A stretch of DNA of 64,000 nucleotides, from the NCBI GenBank assembly GCA_051294375.1, contig CM119270.1:11786416-11850415 (forward strand), written 5' to 3'. Shown here piece by piece: positions 26,001 through 39,266 of this stretch. This DNA is from Paraspadella gotoi (taxonomy: Eukaryota; Animalia; Chaetognatha). Under the pieces are notes generated by a model, which did no database searches, was not told the origin of the DNA, and worked only from the letters and a program-made list of their open reading frames with translations. Position numbers and translations under genes: made by a program. The first letter of the stretch is position 1. Each line of letters opens with the position of its first letter.

Positions 26001-27290
26001 CCGCCCCACAGATTTTACCCGCAGGATCGGCCGCGGTCTTGCACTGCGGTTTCGCCCAGCGGTTTTCCGCCGCCGGCGCCGAGCGGCGCGGCGGCAGCGT
26101 CCTCGCTCTCGTACGCACGCCTGGGGGCGCAGAGAGGAAAAGTCAATAGAAAAAAATACGTAAAAAATTATACATTTTAAACTAATTATAATTCATGTAT
26201 TATTTCATATCAAACAAATTTAGTTATATACGATTTTTAAAAAAACCTTTTTTCTCGAAAAGGATTTCGACCTGCCTCGTGTTTCCAAAACGAGGGCTTT
26301 CGTCGACCTGGAAGTCGTTTATGGGGATAGAAGAAAAATAGAGAATAAACAGTGGAGGAAAAAAGATAAATAATAGAAATGAGAAAAAAATGGGGGAGAA
26401 AAGAAAGAAGAGGGAAAAAAGCATGAGAGAGAAAGAAATATGTAGTGAATTAAAAAAAAAAAATTAAAAAAAAAGGCAAATAGAAGTAAAAGCTGGAAGA
26501 AAAATAAATAATAAAAAAAAAGTGATGTTTCAAGATAGAAACGACATAAAAACTTGAAGCGAAGTGCCAAGTCAGGCTTATTAAGAAAGAAAAGATTGAC
26601 TTTTTTTTTTTTTTTCTTTTTCATCAACAGGGCTCGTTTATGCTTTGGCGGCATTTAATGAGTCCGATGTCAGTTATTGGCTTTAAATCTTTCATGCTCA
26701 CTCGATCTCCCCCGCGGAAGGCTCTCATGAACGCTTCAACTCCTCGCGCTGCCTGCAGTATCGTCGCACGCACCGACTCGATAAGTGCAGACAGAGAACG
26801 GCAGAGACGTCTTTGCCGCGATGAATATATTAAATTTTAAACGGCATCGTGAATATTAGAGGAAGAGCGAAAATGAAACATGAAAATAAAAAGAAAGCGA
26901 AAGCGATACAGAAGAATGATACCGATATGGTGACCTAAAATCCACCAACCGTTTCATCAGCGGCCATTGGTGCCCGAGACAAGTCCAAATCGCCCCAACC
27001 CAAAGGTCCGAGTTTCTAAGCCCGGTGGCTCGTGGCAGTTAGAGCGGGCGTTCAACCGCCCTGAAACATGGAGTTACAGCCTGATACCGAAGTCTCAGGA
27101 CTGCTTATATTTGAACGGTTCTGTCACGTAACACATAACAATAATTACTGCTCTTCTTCACCGACTACATTTACAGCGGCTTCATTACCTTGGAAAAAGC
27201 CTCGAAAGACTTCAAAAGGAAAGACGGAATTCTCAGCTCTCGCCTCAAGTGCAACACTCGTCGTCGATATGCAGTCTCTTGTTTCCGCAA
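23002..27290 (-). pseudogene. Frameshifted mirror copy of the lectin gene (most likely an artefact, not a true pseudogene)
   Basis: All seven exons are recognisable in reverse complement but broken by many 1-nt indels. It lies within the right arm of inverted duplication 1. Confidence 0.6.
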
Positions 27291-28016
27291 TCCCGTCCGC
27301 ATGCGAGCTCCTTCTTAGCCGAACCAAATTAATTACTAACATCTCATTTAACCATATAAAAATTCCTGCGCATGCGCATCTTAATATCATGAGAGCCCAC
27401 AGCGGCGCACGACGGGCGGCACCATCCCGACATACTGTCGTCCACCCACACATAATTGACCTTCGAAAGGGCATCCAGCTTTCTTTTCAGATTTCCCCCG
27501 CTCATAGATCCTTCTGTNNNNNNNNNNNNNNNNNNNNNNNNNAAAAAAAAAAATATCCACGATCTTTGATGTAATTTATCCTCCGAGAAGTTCCCTGCAA
27601 AAGTGTTATCAAACGTAATACACCAATGCGGCGATAGGCCGACCTCATCCTCGGTCAATGTTGACCTTTTTTCTGAGGTCGAGAAGTCAGTTTCCTCTTC
27701 GTTGCTGATCATGGCCAACTCACCCACAAAATTAGCTGTAATTTGTATCACATTTTTATTCTTATCTTTATTTAGTATGTATTTGTTCTCTATAGTTTTT
27801 TGTTTTGTTTTTATTAAAATCTTCATTTTTTCATTTGTTTTGTTTTTGTTTTTTGCTTTTGCTTCCATTTCTTTTTCACAATATTGTTTGTTTGTTTTCT
27901 TTTTCTTCTCTTTTCTTTCTTTTTTTTCTTTTTGTCAGAGCTTTTTTTTCTTTCTCATTTTTTTTCTTTCTTTCTTTCTTTCTCTCTTTCTTTCTTTCTT
28001 TCTTTCTTTTTTTCTT

Positions 28017-28047
<31 letters not shown>

Positions 28048-28572
28048 CTCTTTCTTTCTTTCTTTTTTTTTCTTTTTTCTTTCTTTCTTTCTTTCTTTCC
28101 TCTTATTTGTCATTTTTTCCTTTTCTTTCCATTGTTCCGTCTTTCCCCCCTCACTCTCATTGCGCCTATCCATTTCTCGTACCCCAAGGAATCGAAACAA
28201 CGTTACCTTCGAGGCGAGGGCCCAGCCGCCTTGACTTTAATGATAGAATTAATCCAGTATCTTTTCTCCTCACCCATACTTATAATCCAGGACGTTCTCT
28301 TCCTATTTTTCCTTTTTTTCACTCTTTTTTTCCTTTTTTTTATCTCTTTTTATGTTTTTTCCTTAGTTATAATCTTTCCTTCTTTTTTTTCTCTCCGTCT
28401 TTCTTTTCGTTTTAGCAATTGACCCCAAGCTCTTATTTCACTCAAACTCTGTACATGTAAATATATAGTATTTTCCCGGATTTGATTTTTTTCTCGATCC
28501 TTTTTTTATTTCCTTTTTTCCCTTGAATCCCTTTTCCCATTTTTTATCATCATCTTTGAATCTGGAGCGAAG

Positions 28573-28719
<147 letters not shown>

Positions 28720-29237
28720 AACCAAAAGAGGAACGGACGGGCGGACGGACGAAGCTGTTTAAACGCTGCGGGGTTTTTGCCGTCATGGTGCGTGAAATAT
28801 TGGCGGCAACGTCCGAAGGTTCATTCGTTCATTATTTATTCGTTATATATCTCTCACCGACTTGAAAATGTTAGAAAAAGAGATAGAAACGTTGAATCCG
28901 CCTTGGAATACTTTAAAATCCTTCGAAGATGGGTACTTTTAAATTTTTAACACTTTGAAAAGGTTGAGCAAAATAAACTTACTATAAAAACAGTGATAGG
29001 GATGTAAGAAAAGTCAGTGACAGTTAAAAAACGTTCAAAACTTGTGATAAAATCTTAGAAAATTCCTTTTTTTTTAAAACTGGTTTTATTCTTATCATAA
29101 CTAAAACTGGATTCGGATATGAAAGTCAAAAAAGTCGAGAAATCCTTGAGAAAAGGGATTTTCTTGACGCTTCTCTCTTCGTCAGTGGAAAGCGTGCGAG
29201 AGAATTTTTTAAATTTATATTTCACAGACTTGAAGAT

Positions 29238-29785
29238 ATTTCGAGAATAAATTTATGAACACCGAGTTTTATANNNNNNNNNNNNNNNNNNNNNNNNNNN
29301 NNNNNNNNNNNNNNNNNNNNNNNNNNNNNNNNNNNNNNNNNNNNNNNNNNNNNNNNNNNNNNNNNNNNNNNNNNNNNNNNNNNNNNNNNNNNNNNNNNNN
29401 NNNNNNNNNNNNNNNNNNNNNNNNNNNNNNNNNNNNNNNNNNNNNNNNNNNNNNNNNNNNNNNNNNNNNNNNTACAATTTGCATTCATTGGTATGTAAAA
29501 ACGTAAAATTTATAAATGGAAAAAAAGGAGGAAATTTTTTTAAAAGATTAAAATTAAAAGATATCATATGAAAAAAAAATTAAGATTAAAATTAAAAGAT
29601 ATCATATGAAAACAAATTTTACGTTTTTACATACCAATGAATGCAAATTGTACTAAGTTGTAAGGAGATTTCTCCCCTATTTTTTGTTTTAGTGTCCAAC
29701 AAAGATACATAGAGAGCAAATAATAAGGGAAAGGGAATAGTTTTTAAAATATAAAACTCGGTGTTCATAAATTTATTCTCGAAAT
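29238..29785. repeat. Small inverted duplication spanning a gap
   Basis: 29238-29273 is the reverse complement of 29750-29785, and 29473-29511 of ~29614-29652. The centre holds a ~30-bp direct repeat (aagattaaaattaaaagatatcatatgaaaa) twice. Confidence 0.85.
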
Positions 29786-30189
29786 NNNNNNNNNNNNNNN
29801 NNNNNNNNNNNNNNNNNNNNNNNNNNNNNNNNNNNNNNNNNNNNNNNNNNNNNNNNNNNNNNNNNNNNNNNNNNNNNNNNNNNNNNNNNNNNNNNNNNNN
29901 NNNNNNNNNNNNNNNNNNNNNNNNNNNNNNNNNNNNNNNNNNNNNNNNNNNNNNNNNNNNNNNNNNNNNNNNNNNNNNNNNNNNNNNNNNNNNNNNNNNN
30001 NNNNNNNNNNNNNNNNNNNNNNNNNNNNNNNCCTTTCTAATTTTCTTCATTTTTTTCCTTCTTCGTTATCTACATTTTTTTCTCTTTTTGAAATATGTAT
30101 CATTTTTTCCTTTTCTTTTTTCGTCTTTTTTCATTCGAGCGACATAACGACTATCAGGCCCTGATCGCTCAAGGATTTTCCCCACATGC

Positions 30190-30313
<124 letters not shown>

Positions 30314-31705
30314 TTTAGTTTTAGTCTTCCTCTCTCTTTTCCTCCTTCACCTCTTTCTTCCATGCATGAAACTTTGACATGAGAAATATGAGAAAGTGTA
30401 ATTTTTTCTTGCAAAAAATAATTCTGTAAAATAAATGGATTTAAGGTTTTTTAGTTTTATTGCTTCAAAGAAATTGCTGAGACGCAAAGAAGCGTGATGA
30501 AGCACCTTTTAGACCATCCAATCAGGTTGTGTATACTTGACGCATCATCACATATTCATGAAATGTTAAAGTCAGTTAAAGTTTTTTTGCCTTTTTCCAT
30601 GGAGTCCAATTAAACGTGAACCTTTATATCGTCGCCAACTCGCTGCCTCTCGTCACTTAAAACGAAAAAATATTTATCNNNNNNNNNNNNNNNNNNNNNN
30701 NNNNNNNNNNNNNNNNNNNNNNNNNNNNNNNNNNNNNNNNNNNNNNNNNNNNNNNNNNNNNNNNNNNNNNNNNNNNNNNNNNNNNNNNNNNNNNNNNNNN
30801 NNNNACGAAAACGCGAGATATTTGCTAATCTTTTCTCGCGCGTGCGACTCGAAATCGGGTCCCGCGTTTCGACTCTCGATAGATCCGCGATTCTCGATGC
30901 GCGCGCACGAAACTCTTCCTGGGTCCACGTGTTGCTTTTAGATGAGAACGAGCTCGACTTTTGCACGTGCGTTTGTTGTCATTGGGGAATGAATTTTTTT
31001 TTTTTTCTGGAATTTCTTTCTCTCGAATCAATCATGAGTTGGAATTTTTTATTTCTTTGTTACCAACTCAACTTTCAACTTTTAACTTCTTTTTGGATCT
31101 TAATTCTTTCCCTGATGCTTTAATTTCTGTTTCTTTGTATTTTTTCGCTTAGCCGTTAGCGAATTCAGTAATTATTACTAGCGAGAGTCCTACTATTCCA
31201 AGTTCCCATCTTAATTTACCCATATCCAATTTTTAACTATTGTTATTGCACCAACCTTCCCATCTTATTTCGTACCCCTCTCCCCCATCTCCAAATGCCT
31301 GACCTTAAGAGTTAAATTCAAATAATATACGATCTCCAGTTTAAATTCAATTAATTTCTCATCTCAAGTGTGAGTGTTGCAAAAGAAAGGAAAAAGAGAG
31401 GTGAAAAAGAGAGGGGCGAAACGTGGTTAAAGGACGACGTCCCACATTGGGCGCCACCCTATAATCATGTCTCTGGCAAAATAAGATTCGAGTGAGAGAA
31501 AAAAGGCGTTTATTGAAAAGGAGGAAAAAGGACGAATAAAATAATAACAAGTTGTACGTCTGACTAAAGAGAGGGAAAAAGGTGGAGTGAATATTTTTGA
31601 AACTAAAAACCTGGACCCCGAAAACCCGCGAGCTCGAAGGAGAAGAGGATGAGGAAAGGGGAGGATGACGATGTCTTCGGCTGAACCCCTCCTCCTCATC
31701 GGCAA

Positions 31706-32070
31706 TTAATTTCCCATCACCAGTTTGAATGTAATTAACTTCTCATCAACAAATTGAAAGAGATTGACTTAACTGTTACAGTTTCAATGTAACAGACTTC
31801 CCATTTCCAGTTTGAATACAACTGACTTTCCCCCTCAAAATTGAATGCAACTGACTTCCCATCCCCAGTTGGAATGCAGTAGAATTCCCATCTCCAGCTT
31901 ATCTAAAACTGACTTCCCATCTCCATTTTTAATGTAACTGACTTCCCATTTTCACTTTAACTGCAACTGAATTCCCATCTCCAATTTGAATGCAACTGAC
32001 TTCCCATCTCCAGTTTGAATGCTACTGACTTCCCATTTTCAGTTCAACTGCAACTGACTTCCCATCTCCA
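31706..32070 (+). repeat. 29-bp minisatellite (aactgacttcccatctccagtttgaatgc), about 12 diverged copies
   Basis: Periodic gacttcccat core, with copies more degenerate at the left end. Confidence 0.9.
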
Positions 32071-34232
32071 AATCACCGTGTTTTGCCAATAAATTTGTTC
32101 TTCTCATCGCGAACTCTGTCTCGGCGAAGATATCAAACGTCGCCCACGTTGCAAATCTGGAGGAAATGTATAAAAATCTCGCTCACTCTCGGTTTCTTTC
32201 ACTCTCTCTCTCTTCTCCTCTCTCTCTCTTCTCTCTCTCTCTCTCTCTCTTCTCCTCCTCTCTCTCTTTCTCTCTTATCGCTCTTCTTTTTCATTTTTGC
32301 TGAAATGTATGAAAATCTTTCTTTCTTTCTTTCTTTCTTTCTATAGTTTCTTTCTGTCTTCTTCTCCCTCTATTTCCTTTCATTCTTCCTCAAGAATTCT
32401 TTGAATTCATTTTCTCCTTTTTTAATTTTTTTTTTCGTCAACAAATTCGAATTCACATCAAGAAATCTGTGCCTCAGCTTCTTCCTTTTTTGCTCCTTTT
32501 TTTTAGTCAGATTTATTACACTGTTTAGTAATTTTGTTATTTTTAATATTTTCCTTTCAAGAATGAATTTGCAACTATCGAAAATTTGCAACAATTGCAA
32601 CATTTTTTTCAATTTTTCCTGACCTCTGAGTACTCACAAAAGAAAAAAATGCCATTAATACGTCGGTATAATTAAACTGGCTTTATGAGAAATATATATA
32701 AAGTTAATAAAAACCGCGACAGGTCGACACAAAATGACGAAATATTCCAAAAAAGTTAAAAACAAAGTTTCTGTCTGTCTCTCTCTCGCTCTCTCTCTCT
32801 CACTCTCTTTCTTTCCACGATTTTTTCTCAGAAGCGAAGAGAAGCAAAACCGAAATCCAAAACGTAAATTAATTCATTCTCATCGGTTCGATCCGCCGTC
32901 TTTACGGGCGCCGTCGTTGTTGTTGTCGTTGTTGTTGTCGTCGTTGTTGTTGACGTCTTCCTCGTCGTCAGTTTCGTTTTCGTCTTCCGTTTCCCTTTTC
33001 GTTGTTGTTGTTGTCGTTGTTGTTGTTGACGTCTTCCTCGTCGTCAGTTTCGATTAAAGCGTTATCGTTTGTAATAATCTTTAAACATGTTTATTTCAGA
33101 AATCAATCTAATTCTATAAATATCACTTATTGCCATCTGTCTTTTCGTTATTGTGGGTATCTCTGCCCCCCGGTCTCTTCTCACTCGTCTTAGTTTCTTC
33201 ACCCATCTCCCTTTTTTTTCATTTTCTCCTTTTTACTCTTTTTTTCTTTAAACCTTCATTGTGGGAATTAATTTATGCCTGATTCTACGTTGCGGAGTAC
33301 GTGGGTACGCGGGTGCATATGATGCGAGACAGGCGTCGGAAGAAACTCGGGCCAGGCAACAGGCAACGGACGACAGATATATTTTTTTTTTGGATAACCT
33401 GAATTTAAGAGGCATGATGAACAGCAGCTGGGAATTCGGCAAGTAACACGACAAGAACGGAAATCGTCTTCCGGCGTCAGTGATGGGTTTTGTCAGCGTC
33501 GTGCAAAGTTGTGTCGGCGTCGTGTCGGTGTTTGGTCATCGTATTGTCTACGTCGGCGTTATGTCGGTGGCGCGAGTCTTCGCAGCACGGCCGTGCAAGA
33601 CAACGGAAATTCGTGGAGTTTATTGTTACTGATAATTATGATATGTATTCTTAGTTATGAGTTATTAAATTATTAATCATAAATTGAATTTTCTGAATTT
33701 TATTATTTCAGTCCAAATCGATTTGTACCGTGACCATTATGGGTTGTAGAAAATGTTTTATATTTTTTTATGCCGAACGAAGACGAACGTTTTTGCTGAG
33801 GTTTACCCCGTTTGAAATGTTTTAACGTGAGCTCATTTGAGAGATTTTGAAGAAAAAAAGCATCGAATTTTTACTAATTTTATTTCTTGTGAATAAATCC
33901 CTCAGAACTCGTGAAAACGTAGTTTCTTACGGCGCAAACAATTTCAGTGAGTTTCAAACTAAACTGAAAAAGTCATAACTCTCACAGGAAATCGAGGCGG
34001 GAGAACAATGCGCGCGAATTTTGGCCGTTACGCGTAAATTGACGTTGAGAAAAATTGGCTGAACGGTGAAGGAGAGTCGAAATATCTTTCACATGGTCTT
34101 TGGCCTCACTTTCTCGTGGTAGTTCCCTTCCTTGCATTTAAAACTCGTGTAAAAACTGATTCACAGCTTCAAACGCCTCACTAACCTTAGGTACGATCGT
34201 ACGAAGCACCATGAAATTTTTATCGATGGCGT

Positions 34233-34257
34233 GATAGACAGAGAGAGAGAGAGAGAG

Positions 34258-34351
<94 letters not shown>

Positions 34352-34578
34352 AGAGAGGAGATGGAACGACCGACCGAACCAACCAAAACCAACCAACCAA
34401 TTAACCAAAACCGACCGACCGACCGAACGGCCAACAACGCCGAGGCGACCGACCGAACGACCGAACGACCGAACGACCGAACGACCGAACGACGACGAAC
34501 AGAACGAACGAACGAACGAATGAATGAATGAAGAACGAACGACCGAACGAACGAAGAAACGAGACAACTAACGAACGT
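34233..34578 (+). repeat. Compound (GA)n / (GACC,AACC,GAAC)n microsatellite
   Basis: Directly visible. Confidence 0.9.
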
Positions 34579-34677
34579 TTCTCTTGCTTTAACCCCTTCT
34601 ACTCGAGCGAGAATCTCGTGGGCATAAAACCGGGCACGACCTTGAGAAGCAGCAGCCGCTTAATGTTGAGCCGTGCG

Positions 34678-35059
34678 GCCTGGTTGTGAGTCGAGTCATC
34701 AGGCGAGATGAAGGGAAACTGAGGCCTGGTTGTGAGTCGAGTCAATCAGGCAAGATGGAAGGAAACTAATGCCTGGTTGTGAGTCGAGTCATCAGGCGAG
34801 ATGGAGGGAAATTGAGGCCTGGTTGTGAGTCGAGGCAACAGGCAAGATGAAGGGAAACTGACGCCTGGTTGTGAGTCGAGTCATCAGGCGAGATAGAGGG
34901 AAACTAAGGCCTGGTTGTGAGTTGAGTCATCAGGCGAGATGGAGGGAAACTGAGGCCTGGTTGTGAGTCGAGTCATCAGGTGAGATAGAGGGAAACTAAG
35001 GCCTGGTTGTGAGTCGAGGCAACAGGCAAGATGAAGGGAAACTGAGGCCTGGTTGTGAG
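34678..35059 (+). repeat. 46-bp minisatellite (gcctggttgtgagtcgagtcatcaggcgagatgaagggaaactgag), 8 full copies and 1 partial
   Basis: Unit starts at 34678, 34724, 34771, 34817, 34863, 34909, 34955, 35001 and 35047. Confidence 0.95.
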
Positions 35060-36560
35060 AATAGGAACAGATGCCTGGCTTCGAGCAATATATAGACTGA
35101 GATAGGAATATGAGGAGTGAGGACATTAGGATATGAGGCGAAATTGAAGATAAACTAATGCAGCTTTTAGTGTCACGATGCCAGTTAAAATTAATAATAA
35201 AAATGAGATGATTGTAAAGGTCACTTAATTCTCTCTCTCTCTCTCTCTCCTCCTCCTCTCTCTCTCTCTCTCTCTCTCTCATCTCAATCATTGCACACAA
35301 CTCTAATGATTATGAAAACTTACTTTCTCTTATCTCTCCTTACCCCAGAGGTTCCCCGGCGCCTTCCCTTGGTTCCGACCTCGCCCGTCCAACTCTCTCC
35401 ATCAAAAATGCGACGCCAACTTGGATGGAAATTTCCGGAACGCAATTCCACGCCACTTGATTTCTCGCCCGCTGATTGCGGTCGGCGTTGGGTGAAAACG
35501 GCATCGTCGTGGTTGTCGTCGTCATCGTCGTCGTCGTCGTCGTCGCAACCAGAGAGAAAAGCTGCTTTTTGAGCAAAAAAATCAAAACAAAACAAAACAA
35601 AACAACGAAAAAGAAGGAAAAAGTAATGAAATTACGCATCCGGAAAACGAATGCTAATTTTTTCCCTTTTTTTTATTTGTGGACGAGCGCGTAATCAAAA
35701 ATAAATATTCTGTTCATTTTTAGTACAAAGATTACGATAGTTTTTAAATATTATTCGTCATGGATAATCGCATCTCTAAAGTCATCTGCAAACGGACTAA
35801 CATATCCTCTTAAACTAAATTCATTGGGGCCTCATTGAAGTTTGAAAATAAAATAACTTACATCATTGGATAATAACAGCAGGCATCGAAACTATAACTC
35901 CCTTTTTTAGAATCAGTTCCCCGAAAATATAATTAAACAACCTTTTCACTTCAAACCGAAATACACGTCGTCATGTTGCGATTTCCTTGCTAATAAAAAA
36001 GAAATAATAACCGGATTACAAGTACCAGAAATGCTGCAGTCCATCTTTCCAGGAGACAACACACAATACATATCTAACTCCCTTTAAAACCCAACGTGCT
36101 ACCGACGCTTCAAAAGAGTTCTACCGTTACAGGCTTCCCTGTCGATTTACTTAGAGCTGATAATCAAAAACAAAAAATAATCAAATCGTCTAATGTTCTA
36201 TCACTGAATCAATCGTATTAAACGAGTTTAACCAATTAATCGGATGTTTTGCGTTCGCGTCCATTTTCGTGTCTTTCTGCGTACAATTAGGAGTAATTCT
36301 GCCGAGTTGACTGGAATCTTTCTGCGTCGTTTCGCAGCATTATATACGACATTTAGCGTCTTTCTCCATCATTTTGCATTTTTTGCAATATTTCGCGTCA
36401 TTCAACATCGTTTTTCAATAATCTACATCAATTAGAGTCTTTCTACATATTTCCGATCTTTCTGCAACATTTGGAGCCATTCAACATCATTTTTTAACCT
36501 TCTAAATTAGTAAGCGTCTTTTTACAACATTTCGCGTCGCCTCGTATTCGACCTAATAAA

Positions 36561-36654
36561 ATGGGCTCAACTCGCTGCACGCGCTTCTGGCCAGACGACG
36601 TCAACAAACGCTTTCCGCTTTTCGTCGTCATCTGGATTTGCGTTATCCTCGACG
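36561..36654 (+). CDS. Candidate first coding exon with hydrophobic signal or anchor (MGSTRCTRFWPDDVNKRFPLFVVIWICVILD)
   Basis: aaATGG context, hydrophobic stretch, consensus donor G|gtgagt (phase 1). Confidence 0.4.
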
Positions 36655-39161
36655 GTGAGTTTTTTCAGGGGCAAAAAGAGGGCGTTAACGCTCCTGTTGT
36701 TGTTGTTATTGTTTTTTTTATGAGGATTATTGTTTTGGTTCCATTCACCGCGTGGGTTGGTTCTGATAGGCTTAATTCAGTCATAATCGGCTGAATCTTG
36801 TCTTGTCTAAATCTACTCTAAACCCCAATCAAAATATAAACGAGCTAAAACTCAAACCGAATCGTCAAAACTTTATACTAATGGGAAAAACTCACTCTGA
36901 CAGTCAAAAAACCAGTACTAATAATCATAACCCGTATTGAATAGTCAAAAGCTAATAAAAAGAGTGAAAACCCAGTAGTCCTAATAGTCAAAACCCAATA
37001 CTAATGCGCCAAAGCTGAAGGCAATGATGACCAAAATAAAGCGATTACCTTCGCCATCAAGTTTCTGCGCAGACTTTGTTTTGGGCAGAGATGATCTGGG
37101 AGGGAGAGGAGGAGGAGGAGAAGGAGGAGGAGGAGGAAGAGGTGGAAGTACAGGGTTCGGACGCAAAATTTTGGCGCGTGTCAATAATTATAAAATAATA
37201 ATTTTGATATAAGCAGTTTTTCCGGTATAGCAAAGCTTTTTTTTAATTGTAAATGCATCATAATGGTGCTTGGGGACGTGGACATGTTGTTTGATAAGTA
37301 TATTGCCTTAATTTTTCTATATAGTCCTTTCACTCATTTTTATCATTTTTTTTTTTAATTTTGAAGTTGTCCAAAAGCATAGCCTTTAAATCGCACTTGA
37401 GTAAATAATATAACGTTTCATTATCGGCACCACATTTGTCTTTTCAAGGCGCATCTTTATCTGATACAACAAATTTTATGGTCTCCTTTGTAGCGTTACT
37501 AGAGACTCAAAATCAATGTCAAATCTATTCTTAATTGATTTGGGCGTAAAGGGATACTGATACCTTATCTCTTATGGCTCTCGGTGAACTTATTTTGTCA
37601 TTTAAGCTAATAATATTTGAGTCAATGATAGAATAAACACTAAGCTTTCATTTGAGCACTTTTACGATAATTTTTATAGAATATTTAAAAATATCTTGCC
37701 ATTTAAATATAATTATAAGTTTTGCTTCTTGACACTGTACCCTGTTGGAAGTTGGGCTAATCGAGGATGTAACCAGGATATTCTTTTTGATTTATAATTT
37801 TATAACAAATGCTATTTCAGTTGATTATAAAATACCCGGTAGTACTAGGGGTGGCCTATCTCAGTAATTTGGGTCAAAAATTTTAATTGAGCACCTTCTC
37901 AAACGAATATTTATACATTTTTTAAAAAATTAAGATAGACCAAAAAATTTTAATATGACTCTATACCCTTTATATTATTTTTTTAATATTTATTTATAGA
38001 TAGGAATGGCCAAAAACTTTTTAAAGATTTTTTTATTTTTAAGATCGGATTCAGGTAGCTTGCAAAAAGTTGTCTCCACAAAATATAATTCTTTTTTTGA
38101 TATTCTGCTCATAAGTGGGTGAAAAATAAATTTGAAAACGTAAGAATTTTTAAGTTTAAGTTGTAATTCTATTTTTTATTTAACTTTTTGTTCTCTATCA
38201 GAATCCATCAAAATAATTCAAGTTTGATTATATCATTATATAGTAATATAGTAATTTTCATAGCAACAAGAAAGCTATTAAAATTGAATTTTTTTAAAAA
38301 ATTCTTCTTCTACCTGAAAGTAGACATCACGACTGAAGTTTATCTTTAGTAGTAGATCTTTAGTAGTACGTTGTATGTACCTTAATTCTATGATATAATA
38401 CCATAATAGTATTTTGCAAAAGTATACACCTAAGAAGTCTCCGCATAGATTTGCACATGCGTGCAGGCGAGATATTAGCGACGGGCGACCCAAGTAATGA
38501 CAAAGTCCGAACGACGTGTGGACGACGTGCGACCCGGACGTGCCCCCCGCACCGGACGAGGAAGACCCCGGCGCCGCCTTTAAGAGCCTCGCCTGAGGAA
38601 GCCGCTGCCCAGCGGAAGACCTCATATTAAATTCATGCGAAGACTCATTTTCTGGACGAAAGAACCAAAGAGAAAAAAAAACGTTGAATCTTGGCGGGAA
38701 GATGAGAGGAAGGTCAAATCTATAAGGCGGCTTCTCCTTTTCCTTCTCCTTCTCGAGAAAAAAAAAACAGAAATCCCGAACTAAAAGTAAAGAAACGAAA
38801 CTTTGCGTTTTCTTTCTTCTGGACTGAAGAAGAGAATGACCGGACCTGAAGCTGTAGATTTGGCTATTGGATAAGTTCAACTTTCAGGAGTTCAGGAATT
38901 CTTATTACTCTAAAAAAATTCGAATGAGATAAATTTAAGACAGCATGGTGTGTGACGATTATAGTACATAGTCGACAATTTAAAAATATTTCGCAAATAT
39001 CTTGCTCCGAAAAGATGAGGGCGAAATGGGAAGGACGAAACGTCGAGATAAAGGAAAGAGGAATTAAGGGGAAAACTGAATTTTTATCTCACAAAAGCCC
39101 AAGCAGAAAAAAGCATGCTGCTTGGTTTTTATCTCTCTCTCTCTCTCTCTCTCTCTTTCTC

Positions 39162-39192
<31 letters not shown>

Positions 39193-39227
39193 TCTTCTCT
39201 CTCTCTCTTCTCTCTCTCTCTTCTCTC

Positions 39228-39266
<39 letters not shown>

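Larger units (their letters stand above)
7422..27510. repeat. Giant inverted duplication 1 (arms ~7422-16793 and ~16986-27510), probably a fold-back chimera or assembly artefact
   Basis: The right arm is the reverse complement of the left (e.g. gctacattcccagaag at 16752 vs cttctgggaatgtagc at 17016). Single-base indels grow denser with distance from the centre. The arm ends at a 25-N gap. Confidence 0.95.

Noticed and set aside
23002-27290. A real inverted paralogue of the lectin gene
   Set aside because: Indels hit exons and introns alike and increase toward a 25-N gap, which is the pattern of raw long-read error.
7422-27510. Giant foldback transposon or Polinton-type terminal inverted repeats
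   Set aside because: Arms consist of ordinary genic and intergenic DNA, with no transposase, integrase or polymerase, no TSD, and only a ~190-nt loop.
27603-28422. Longest ORFs (270 and 205 aa, Phe/Leu/Ser-rich, membrane-like)
   Set aside because: Translation of (TTTC)n and poly-T tracts that lack stop codons.
31706-32070. CRISPR-like or coding repeat (29-bp period)
   Set aside because: No spacers, the period is not a multiple of 3, and there is no ORF.
34678-35059. CRISPR-like regular array
   Set aside because: Units are contiguous with no unique spacers, there are no cas genes, and the context is eukaryotic. It is a minisatellite.
37360-38280. AT-rich tract with a possible DNA-transposon end (tactaggggtggcc near 37843)
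   Set aside because: No matching inverted terminus or TSD found in the window.
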